In this document: one piece after another, positions 11,342 to 22,328 of the stretch
How positions within the stretch are numbered: the first letter of the stretch is position 1
How the letters are laid out: each line of letters begins with the position of its first letter
Assembly: GCA_905178155.1 (NCBI GenBank)
Contig: CAJINV010000013.1
Coordinates: forward strand, 1,202,392 to 1,266,391
DNA length: 64,000 nucleotides
Source: Amoebophrya sp. A120
Taxonomy: Eukaryota > Protista > Dinoflagellata
Direction: 5' to 3'
The notes under the pieces: generated by a model
Databases searched by the model: none
Told to the model about the DNA's origin: nothing
The model's input: only the letters and a program-made list of their open reading frames with translations
Position numbers and translations under genes: made by a program

Positions 11342-14300
11342 TCAGTATCTCCTCGTGTTGATTCCAGCACCGCCCTTGTGATACTTTCCCCCGCCACCGC
11401 CGACACCGCCCGGTGGCGGCGGCTTTCCGCTCTGTTGATTATTATATCCACCTTTGTTGATGATCCCCTTTCCCCCCTTTCCCGCGTCTTGATCTTTGCT
11501 GTTCCAGCCCTTCGCCGCGCGCAGACGTAACTCCTTTTCGATGTGGCTCCGGATCAAGTGCGCCGGGTTGCCCACCGCGCCCCCGCACCGCCGCGGCACG
11601 TACCCCCGGTGATTATCCTCTGTAAAAACGTTCCCGCCCCATACTTGCAACGCAAGTCTGCATGTTGAAGATATTTCTCATGCGGAACCCCATGAGAAGC
11701 ATTTTCTAGTCGTGTTTCGGATTTTGTCATGCCTCAATCAGCATGATATCGTAGAGCTGTGACGCTGCTGAACTAGCTGAACAGGATTGCACTACGATGC
11801 CAAACTTGTCATGCGCACCAGCCAAAGCTTGTGGATTTGTCTAGCAGATCTCCCGTCTTGACTATGGGGTGCGGACGTTTTTACACAGGATAGTGATCCC
11901 TGTCCAGCCAACGAGCTATAGACACGTCCACCTCGTACAGCGGTGCCACCTCGTCCTCGTCGAGCATGTTCTTCTCCCGGAACGCTTCGATCACACGGAT
12001 TTTTTCCTCGTCCGCGCCGTCCGCCAGCCTACTGCTGGAGGAGCCTGGTTTTTGTTCAATTTTTTAGCACGTGATGTTTCCGACCTTGAATTATTTGCTG
12101 CACTGGCGAAAGATTTAAATTTACAGCACACGCATACAACATCAAAAGATGGCGCTGCAATACGAGCTGCACAGAGACAGACATACAGCATACTAGCCTG
12201 TGCCAAAGACCTTTACCCGCACTCATCCCCATCCCCAAGCCCTGCACAGTTCCACCGAGTGGAGCGACCCCCGGGAGTTGTGGGTTCAAAATGCCTCCTT
12301 TGTTCATACGAGCCGTTCGATTCGTCTCCTGGTCGAACGAACTTTTCTTCGGCCCTGCTGCACCTCCCCGCGCTTGACTTTCCTGTCGACGGTGCTGAAC
12401 GAATTGCAGCGGTTGTGAAGTCAGATTGCTCGCAAAAGTAGAACTCGACACCGCAGTCCCGCCTCCGGTGGTCGTGTTGAGCATATTACCTGTCGAGCCA
12501 GCCTGCGCACCCATTAGATTGTTCACATTCGGATTTAACGAACCTCCCAAAAGAGAAGAGGTTGGTGGATTCAGCGGTCTTTGTACGAACGAGGTTGCAC
12601 CAGACAGCACAGAGCTACTGCTGCTACTGCTCCCCGCCCCGGGCTGTTGCGCGCTTCCGGTTTGAGTCATCTTCTCGATTTCGGCCTGCGCGTAGAAGCT
12701 GTTACCCGTTCCCGGCCCAGAGGAAAGGTTATTCGCGACGGTCGGATTGAGCAGATTTGCAGTTGAAGCTCCTCCAAAGATGCTTTCATTCGTAAGCCCA
12801 GGTGGATTTGGAGGAGCGGCGTAGAAAAATTGCTGTTGCGGTATCGCCGTAGCTCCGGGTGCCGCGACGGGGGCGGATGCTTTGCTATGATATCCCGGCG
12901 GAGGCTCAAACTTTACCACGTAATCCATGCCGTACCGACGCTGACAAACGTCGCGGAGCGTAGTTTTGATCCAGCCCAGGGGATTCTGGATCCTTCCCTT
13001 GCCATTCCGGTCCGTGCCGAGCGGTACCCAGCGCTGTGTAGTTTGACGGGATTTTTCTTAGCTAGTCATCTCAAAGCCACAACACAAAAGCAGTCGCAGA
13101 GCAGGAGACTTTATTGCGACGCCTGCTTTTTCGCCGCACATGCTTCCGTCCAAACCCAACTCAAAAAAGATGCGAAAGCCAGCAGCTAAGGGCAGTCGCA
13201 CAACAGGGGACTTTGCGACGCCTTTTCTGCTTTTTCGCCGCACATGGTTCCGTCCAAACCCAATTCAAAAAGGATGCGAAGGCTAGCAGCTAAAGGCACT
13301 CGCGGAGCAGAAGACTTTGCGACGCCCTTTCTGCTTTTTCGCCGCCCATGGTTCCGTTCAAACCCAACTCAAAAAGGATGCGAAAGCTAGCAGCTAAAGG
13401 CACTCGCAGAGCAGAAGACTTTGCGACGCCCTTTCTGCTTTTTCGCCGCCCATGGTTCCGTCCAAACCCAACTCAAAAAGGATGCGAAAGCTAGCAGCTA
13501 AAGGCACTCGCAGAGCAGAAGACTTTGCGACGCCCTTTCTGCTTTTTCGCCGCCCATGGTTCCGTCCAAACCCAACTCAAAAAGGATGCGAAAGCTAGCA
13601 GCTAAAGGCACTCGCAGAACAGAAGACTTTGCGACGCCCTTTCTGCTTTTTCGCCGCCCATGGTTCCGTCCAAACCCAACTCAAAAAGGATGCGAAAGCT
13701 AGCAGCTAAAGGCACTCGCAGAGCAGAAGACTTTGCGACGCCCTTTCTGCTTTTTCGCCGCCCATGGTTCCGTCCAAACCCAACTCAAAAAGGATGCGAA
13801 AGCTAGCAGCTAAAGGCACTCGCAGAGCAGAAGACTTTGCGACGCCCTTTCTGCTTTTTCGCCGCCCATGGTTCCGTCCAAACCCAACTCAAAAAGGATG
13901 CGAAAGCTAGCAGCTAAAGGCACTCGCAGAACAGAAGACTTTGCGACGCCCTTTCTGCTTTTTCGCCGCCCATGGTTCCGTCCAAACCCAACTCAAAAAG
14001 GATGCGAAAGCTAGCAGCTAAAGGCACTCGCAGAGCAGAAGACTTTGCGACGCCCTTTCTGCTTTTTCGCCGCCCATGGTTCCGTCCAAACCCAACTCAA
14101 AAAGGATGCGAAAGCTAGCAGCTAAAGGCACTCGCAGAGCAGAAGACTTTGCGACGCCCTTTCTGCTTTTTCGCCGCCCATGGTTCCGTCCAAACCCAAC
14201 TCAAAAAGGATGCGAAAGCTAGCAGCTAAAGGCACTCGCAGAACAGAAGACTTTGCGACGCCCTTTCTGCTTTTTCGCCGCCCATGGTTCCGTCCAAACC

Positions 14301-17300
14301 CAACTCAAAAAGGATGCGAAAGCTAGCAGCTAAAGGCACTCGCAGAGCAGAAGACTTTGCGACGCCCTTTCTGCTTTTTCGCCGCCCATGGTTCCGTCCA
14401 AACCCAACTCAAAAAGGATGCGAAAGCTAGCAGCTAAAGGCACTCGCAGAACAGGAGACTTTGCGACACCTTTTCTGCTTTTTCGCCGCACATGGTTCCG
14501 TCCAAACCCAACTCAAAAAAGAAGGAGACGCTAAACTTCTACTTACTCGTCTTCTAGGCTGAAACTATCCAAACGTTAATATTACCTTCTCCCCATTTAT
14601 AAAGCGGTACTCGCGCCACACCATATCTTCGATGATTTCAGGTGTCTGCCCGCGAATCGGCAGCACCTCCTGCTCCGTCAGCTTGGACTCATCGCGCCAC
14701 TTCGTCAGCAGCTCCTGTGCCTGGATGTGCTTGTTCGGGTCTGCGACCTCGAGTGGGTGGTGCTGCAACATCATCACGGGAACGTGCTGCTGCGCAAGAA
14801 CACCAGTACCTCCTATTTGCCCCGGCGATATCAAGTTCGGGAAACACGCATGCGCGGCCAAGCTCGAGGCGAGCCTTACTTGCTCCGGTTCGGCGACCCA
14901 GGTCGTCGGTTTTTTCTGGTTGTACACCCAGTTTTTGATCCGCGCTTCCACGGTCTGTTTGTAATTCGTCAATTCCAGTCTTTCCATGTCTGTCGCCAGC
15001 AACTGGCGGCACTTCTGCAATTTTTCCGCCACGGGTCGCAACTGCTCCAGGGTGTCCAATGTTGCGTAGTGCGTCTCCCAATAGGCACCGAAGTCAATCG
15101 TGTGCTGGGTGCCAGTGGTGAAATCGTTCAGGTTAATATTTTCCTTAGAAGTACTATCATCGGCTGTTGTGCTGACCAACGGCTTCACGGTCGCCGCCTT
15201 CCGCTTGGTCGTGTCGGTAGTTCCCCCAATCTGGTGCAAGGCCTTGTTGGCTTCATTTTGCTTGCGGAGGTTCTCCTCCTCCTCCAACCGTTTCTGCTCT
15301 TCCTTTTGTTTCTGCAGCTCCAGCTCCTCTTTCAACTTGCGTTCTTGCTCCTCCTTCTCCCTTCGAATCGTGGCCGCGGCCTCGATTTCGAAATACGGCC
15401 CCGTGTCGGCCTTTACAAACTCCCGCAGGCCGAGCGGGATTTCGTCCAGAGTGATCACCGGCATCGTCGGCTGTGTCAGCTCCGCACAGGTAGTGCAAAT
15501 CCGTTTCACCTGTATAGAAAAACGGAGTTTTTCAGTCATCGAAGTCATCTTCATTCGGAATTGGGCTGCTGCATCACTAAGCAGAAAAATCCTGACGCAG
15601 TCTAATGCTTGTCCACAAATGTAGGTATCTTTCCGTTTCCAACGATTCATGCTACTACGCTTGTTATGACATCCACCTTGACAAAAGAATGAAGATCGAC
15701 GTGTTCTTCATACATAAGTAGTACCTTGGATTCATCTTCCCCTTCCACCCAATACTGGCAAAACTCCCACCAAGTCGGCCACTTGCAGCAGTATTGCTTG
15801 TTTTCCTGGCAATAGGGGCACCCGTAGTCGTTGAAGTAGGTCCCGGGTGGTTTGATGTTGGTGATGAAGGACGGCTGCGTCATGAACATCCAGCAGGTGC
15901 GCAGCATTGCGAAGAGTTTGTCTCGCTGCAACTCGTTGGCCTTCAGCTTCTCGGCTAACTCGGCTGCGTTCGAGATTTTCGCTCTCGCTTTTTTCTCCTC
16001 CTTTTCGAAGAAGTTCTCTACCCATTCCAAGTAGTCCACCATTTTCTGGTCTTCGTAGTGAAAATCGCCGCAGAGGTCCGGGTTCCGGCAGTAGAGCTGC
16101 TTCATGATAAATATCGACGGCCACTCCTTCAGCCGGTATTTCGGGTCCTCCTGCAGAAACTTAAACCACTTCCACGCCTTTTCGTTCTCCCGCATCCGAA
16201 ACACGAACCGCTCGAAGTCGCGCAGGAAGAGAATGTAGTCGGCGTAAACGCGGCTTTCGATGTGCCCCATGCAGCGCAGCTGCGACTGGGTGATGCAGTC
16301 GGGGTGCACCTCATGGGCCTCGAACAGGGACTGCCAGAGACAGTTTCTCAGCGGCTTCTGGAAAAACTTCCACGAGTCGTCCGGCCGCCACCGCTTTTCG
16401 CGCAAATACTCCGGCGTTGCCTTCGGATTGCTGAAGGGGTTCAGAATGCGAGGAACACTTGCGATGTTCGCAGCGTTGGTTTTTGTTGCTTTCTGAGTGC
16501 GGGGGCCGAGTTTCTTGCCCACAGCTGCACCATCTGCGGCGGATTTCATCTTGAGGCGCTTCTTCGGCCTCTTCTGGTGCGGATGAACACCAGCTTCGTC
16601 TGACTGCAGCCCGCGACGTTTCTGCGTGACACGCTTCACACCTTCCTCTACTTTCGCACTCTTGTCGAGAAGCGTTGCGTCAATGGCTAGCGGATTTTCT
16701 TCCCGCTTTTCTGCCTCGATTTTGGCTAGCTTTGCATTCACATGGGTCGCGAGTTTATCTTCCATTTTGCCGAACTGAAAGGGCAGCGGACGAGCTTTCG
16801 GCTTCTCCTTCATGCTCGGCATAGAAGTTATTTCACCCTTGCCCTTTCCTTTCGGCTTTGCCTTAGCCTTCGCACTCGCTTTTGCTTTTGCCTTGGCTTT
16901 CGCCTTTGGCGCAGCGCCGCCGTCATCTTCTTCTTCACACTCGTCCCCCAGAACTTCTTGGACTGGCCGCACAAGGCTCTCCTCAACAACATCTGAATTA
17001 TTTTCGCCACCGCTTACATCGCCGTCTGACTTGTTGTTCGCTTCACTAGCATCGATTTTGACTCTTTTTAATTCATTGTTGTTTTCATCTTGTCCCAGCA
17101 CATTTTTAGCCTCCTCTTCCTCGTCATTCCCTTCTACATCACTGCCAAGCTGCTTTTCCACTCTCTGAGCTTGTTCGTTCCCGGCCTCCGGACTCTGCTC
17201 TACTTCACGCCGACGCTTCAAACCGTCCAAGTTCTCACGGTTCTTGCGCAGGCCCAGAGTATCAAAAACGGATGTTGACTTTTCCTCTTGTAGGAGGTCG

Positions 17301-20300
17301 TCTGATGGCTCTTGTACTTCCTCCTGCTCCTCTTGCCTCGTCGCACCGTTTGGTTCTTCCGACCCTCCCACCTGCAGCGCAGTCTTATTTGTCTTGTCCG
17401 ACTCTTTTATTTCCTCTTGACCTCCATGATCTACTTCTCCGACTAATGCCTTGACTTCCTCGGACGCAGCCCCTTCTTCTTCTGCGTCTGACTTTTCGAT
17501 CTCGTCCTCTGAAGAGTCATCTTCTGGTGGCAACAGCGTTTCCTTTTTCGGAGGTTTCGATGGCTTTTTCGGGATCGGGGACTTCACCTTTCCTCCAAAG
17601 GTTGTGCCGTGCTTCCCCCGAACCCGGTCGCTCCTCGCCACCGCCAGCAGGCGCCGGCCCACATCCGGGTCGACCGGCGATTGCGGGGGCAGAAGGCGGT
17701 CGCGGTCCCCAGGATTCACGTCCTCGCTGTCGTCCTGCTCTAACAACTCAGGCGGCACCTCATCATCCCCAATGGTGAGCCCCTTAAGTCCTGCAAAGAA
17801 CCCGAGTGGGTCGAGTTATGGAGTGGAAAAAACTCGAATGTCATCTCGACCTATTGCCGACGCACAGACAGACAGGAGCTGCGATTTGCGGCTTCTGCTA
17901 CGTCTTGCTGCACATCTAATTACCATGTTGACGAATCAGACTTTCATATGCTCCTGCACGTCTTGCATACAATAACTGCGGAAATTATCATGATTCTGTA
18001 CACAAATAGTCCTTCTGCAACATGCCAACAAAACATGACGCTGTTCCGTCTGGCTCGGCAATAAATGAGACCAAGATAAGTAGCAGTTTGTTCTTTCCCC
18101 GGGATACCTCGGGATCGCCGGAGTAGTACATTCCCTGCGTGCACTTCAGATCTCTCTCGATAGCGAGCTGCATGTGCATGTTTAATTCCTCGTCATACTC
18201 GATTTTTTGGTCCAGGGCACCGCCAACTACATTGAGAGCGGGAATTTGCTCTGCCCCCTCTTCACCTTCTTCAGACGAACCATCAACAACATCATCGTTG
18301 TCCGAATCTTCATTCTCCTGCGCACGAGCGCTTTCATCATGTTCCTGTCCGTCCTCCCCTTCTACTTCAATGTCGCTGTCGTCCTGGATTTTTGCGGCAA
18401 GTACCTCGTCATCGTATTTCTCCTGCTCCAAAATAGCCCACTTCATGTCGCAGTCCTCTTTCCCGGCAATGGGGAGCTTTTGTTCCTGTTCCACTTTTCC
18501 TTTCTCAAGATGACGGTCTTCCCCCGCCAGCGCCTCTTCTTCGTTCTGACTCTTTTCGTCGAGGTCCTGATCGGAAATTTCCTCGTTGCTGTTATTTTGC
18601 CCTTCGCTTTTCGTTTTCTCGCCCTCAATAACGATATCATCTTCTTCAGAGAGAGCTTCTTCGTCGTTTTCGAAAAGCCCCGGCAAGAACGGCTCTCGCA
18701 TCCTCTCGCTGTCAAACACAAGGCTCTGCATCCTCTCGCTGCTACCCCATTCTGCAATAATTTCCGCATTCTCTTCATAGAATTTCATTATTTCGTAGTC
18801 GTCGTCGTCTCCTTGTAGTTCACTCTTGTCAGGAGCATTCTTTGCTTTCCCTTCACCTCGACCTCCATCGTCGTTTTCGCTGACAACATCGTCGTGTTCT
18901 ACTTCCGAACCTTCCGACATCGCATGATCTTCGGAAAAATTTCCAGCTTCGAGTTGTGCCGCAGCGTCACGATTCCGTGCTTCCTTGGACGGTTCATCAA
19001 AATGATCCTCGTTGTGGTCCTCTCGTGATTTTTCTTCTGACTGTTCCTCCTCAACGTGGTCGGCGCTGGGTTCCTTATCGATATCGCTATCGTTTTCCTC
19101 CTGTGAAACATCATCCTCGTTGTCGCTTTCATTCACCGCAACAGCTGCATCTGAATACATTGAAGGGCAACTTCCAATAAATCATGATGTAGGCTACAAG
19201 TGCTTCTACAAAATGTCACTCTAGTTTTTTCTCATTTCACCCTTAACTGCAAGTGGTCGGAACATCAAGCGCCGAAGAAAAGATGATGAAAATGGCAGGA
19301 CACAACATCAGACGACAAACGTTGGTCGAGGACATCAGGGACCATCAAAAGTAGTAAGCAAGTACCATGATCGGCTCCCTGGAGGTCGTGTTCCTGGGAC
19401 ACAGAACCTCCCTCCGCATCCACCTCCATCGGGTGGTCGGAACTAGGCTCCTCCTCCTGCCCGCCGATGGCCGGGGTTCTCCCTGCTTCCGCTATTGAGA
19501 GGAAAAATCTCCCCTCCCCATATTGCAAAGGTATGTCTCCGATAATTTCTCATGCTGATTTGTGACCACAAATCACGCCTGTCTTGCAAGACGGCAAATG
19601 GAAAGAATCCGCCGCCTTGTGAGGGCGGTTTGTAATGCTGTTTCACCAACATGGCAGATCTCTTCTATGCTAAGCGCCTACAACAAAACACCCCTACGCA
19701 GGCTGAGGCTTTGCCTGTAGTGCCTCACTGCAAAGCTGATTTGTCTTTGTGTACACAAATCCAGCAACAGAAGTTTCCGTTTCAATATGGGGAGGAGGGA
19801 TCTTTCACTTGGATATCCGCACGACCTTCTTCATCCACCCCAAAATCGGAAAAATAGGAGACTGCTGTTCGACCCTGAGCTTCCAGACTCACACTCACAT
19901 GGTGTGGACTTTGTTTCTGAGTGTGTCAGGATCGAAATCGACGAAGTCGAAAGGTTTGTGATGCAAAACATGTAGGGCACTGAAGGCCTGCCTTGGGGAC
20001 CAGGTAAATGAGACCGATTGTGAGCCTGCTTCGGGGTATACAATGTGCTGCCAGGGTAGCATAACAAGAGCAGTCTTCTTTGCCCAAACAGTATGACGGA
20101 TTGGATTTGGGTTCTCCCGAAATTTGTCATGCGCCACGTAGAAACTGAGGCTCCAACTGACATCGATTTTATGCGTCACAAATTTTTCGATTTTGTCAAT
20201 TTCGATTCTGACACTTCCATATTGTTCGCTGTATTCGTCGGAGTCTTCCACTCCTGAGTGGTGGGGCATCGCATCCTCACTTGACGAGGCCTCATCCACC

Positions 20301-20794
20301 GCGAGAAGCTTCTTTTTCTGATTCCTCGAAGATTTAGCCCCTTTGTTCGCTGCCGGAAGTTCTTTGTCTTGTTTATCCTTCTCTTTTTGTTTCTGCGTCT
20401 GCCCCCCGGCGGCCGAAGAGGCGGCTGCGGCAGGCGGCGCATTCTTACTGTTATTCGCACAAGAGGACGAGGAAGAGGACGAACCACCCGCAGCACTCCC
20501 AGCTTGTTTATTACCTTTTTCCTTTTCCACCTCTTCCTTCACAAGCGGGGCCAACCTCGTGTAGATCCGCTTTGCGTTTTTGTTCTGCGCCAAAAAGTCT
20601 TCCATCGCCTGGCTGTTCCCCTCCAAGTAATTGTGCACGTTCTCAAAGGAGTGGAGCAAGTCTTGCTCCTTCCAGTGGGCCAGTATCGTGCCGCGGAGCA
20701 CCTTCCTGGTGCCCTTCAAGACGGACTCCAGAAGGGCCCGACAGTCCGACTGCCGGTTTTCCCAGATCGTTCTCGCCTCCTCGGAAGTGGCCAT
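11342..20794 (-). CDS. Very large multi-exon acidic, low-complexity protein with a Cys/His-containing central domain; function unknown
   Basis: ORFs 19895-20818, 19265-19528, 17988-19160, 15647-17758, 14565-15650, 12056-12928 and 11342-11650 chain in frame. The joins use GT-AG introns (e.g. 15510-15676, 13034-14585, 12045-12216, and two around a small exon near 17924-17975) and removal of TIR elements 19916-20221, 19493-19815 and 11614-11892. Contains CPYC...CC...H...CTTC and an AKAKAK tract. Confidence 0.65.
11614..11892. mobile_element. Family B TIR intronic element, 279 bp, inverted relative to 2352-2637
   Basis: TIR TATCCTCTGTAAAAACGTTCCCGCCCCATA / TATCCTGTGTAAAAACGTCCGCACCCCATA; TSD GTGAT. 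Removal gives IARWLDRDHRGYVP. Confidence 0.92.
13095..14521. repeat. Tandem satellite, about 14 x 104 bp, inside a predicted GT-AG intron (13034-14585)
   Basis: GTTCCGTCCAAACCCAACTCAAAAAGG recurs every 104 bp (13351, 13455, 13559 ... 14495). Internal units are nearly identical and edge units are diverged. Confidence 0.95.
19493..19815. mobile_element. Family C TIR intronic element, 323 bp
   Basis: TIR TATTGAGAGGAAAAATCTCCCCTCCCCATATTG / TATCCAAGTGAAAGATCCCTCCTCCCCATATTG; TSD TCCGC. Removal gives GVDEEGRAEAGRTP. Related to 63119-63439. Confidence 0.88.
19916..20221. mobile_element. Family D TIR intronic element, 306 bp
   Basis: Imperfect TIR of about 50 bp (core TGTCAGGATCGAAATCGACGAAGTCGAAAGGTTTGTGATGCA), with TC instead of TA at the left end; TSD TTGTT. 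Removal gives EYSEQSPHHVSV. Related to 63486-63793. Confidence 0.88.
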
Positions 20795-21057
20795 TTCGCT
20801 ACTCCAGATTATTCTCAAATTGCGACCCGGAAAAGGATTGCAGTGTAAGCGAAGGGCCTTAATGTAGTTTCACAACTTTCTAAAAACACTTCAGACAGGG
20901 TAGGATGTCTGTTTCGCGTTTCGTTTCAAAACCCGTGGTCCGCCTCCGCTCCACTAGCAGGGGGACAAAAATAAAGTAGATCAAGGTGGTTGCTAGACAA
21001 CAGACGCATGCAAATCTAGAAGCCAAATAATCTTTTATTTGTTCTAAAATGATGTAA

Positions 21058-21350
21058 ACAAATCTCCATCAAATTCAAAAACTTGAAAAGTATTTTTCTT
21101 GAGCTCTAGAATCATCAGAAGAAGGAAGTACACTAAAAGTTGTAAAAGTAAATGCGTATGGCCAAAAGATAATACGATTCAAATATGAGCTATCGCTATG
21201 TATTCCCAAAATCAAAAAAGGTGCAGTCCCTTCCGCAGATGGAGCTGGAGGACATCTAAACGTCATGATAATATACACAAATCTCTATCAAATTCAAAAA
21301 CTTGAAACGTATTTTTCTTGAGCTCTAGAATCGTCAGAAGAAGGAAGTAC
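21058..21350. repeat. Intergenic direct repeat pair of about 74 bp
   Basis: ACAAATCTC(C/T)ATCAAATTCAAAAACTTGAAA...CAGAAGAAGGAAGTAC at about 21058-21130 and 21277-21350. Confidence 0.85.
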
Positions 21351-22328
21351 CTCCACCCGCATACTGCGAATCCAATTACAACAAACAAACAAACAATTCA
21401 AAAACTCTGCTCGGCGTTTTCTTTTTGCTGTAGACCATTCATCTTCATTCATCAACTTTTTCTGTTTCTCTACACTACTGGCAAAACGAGAGCAAAGCGA
21501 AAGGCACTTAGACTTACTTTCGACCGAAGCCGTAATAAAGACAAAGCTGTGGTAAGACCAAATTGAAGCAGATGCGACAAATACAGTCTCAGTGAGCTCT
21601 ATGCGTTTTTTTCGCTGCTGATTGTTCACGAGAAAACTTCTCGGTTTACATGTTTCATAAGCTTATTCTAACTCTTTCGCCGCCGCTACTTCTAGGGAAC
21701 AGCAGCGTTTGCAATGTTCTCGTTTCGGTCAAACCAAAACATCAAATGCGGACGAGTCATCAAACAAGGCGTGCGCTTTTCACCTGTAAGTATCTTCTTT
21801 TGTTCCGCAGAACCAGCCTCTGTTGAGCAGCTTCAGTTTGCAGTCGTTTTCGTACCGTTTTTTTACATGAAAGAGCATCATCAAGAACAAGGCAACTACA
21901 TCAACGGCTCTTTGTGTCTTGTTAAAACAGTGGAGCAACTACTGTGAAAGAACCAACAGCCGGTTCAAGAAGCGTGGCGCGGCGCGCATCATGGATCATC
22001 CTTTTCCCAGACTGTATCGTCATCGCTTGGAACTACAGAATTACTTCCGCTCCCTTGATTGCCGTAAGCGGGACAGCGAAGAAGGAACAAGAACAACATG
22101 ATCTTCCTTGTGCAGCAATAAAATGCACAAGACAACTCCCGCAAAAAATCGAAACTGCGGCAGAATCGCGAGTTTTTTTTTTCCTATTCAAGACATCAGA
22201 AACAAATGAAGCAGAGGCCACGGCAATACTCCGCCAGAATTCCAGATCTTGATCGTGGTGCTGAAGGTTGAAGAAGCAGAAGATCCTTATATCAAGAAGT
22301 GCTTTTAATACTATCTTCACTTCCATTA

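Noticed and set aside
13095-14521. Possible CRISPR array or coding repeat
   Set aside because: Units are contiguous with no unique spacers, there are no cas genes, and the context is eukaryotic. The 104-bp unit is not a multiple of 3 and carries no long ORF.
14727-15605. Long plus-strand ORFs (also 32509-33501, 36172-37012, 58987-59799, 61633-62454)
   Set aside because: Antisense shadows of GC-rich minus-strand exons that already have better-supported products.
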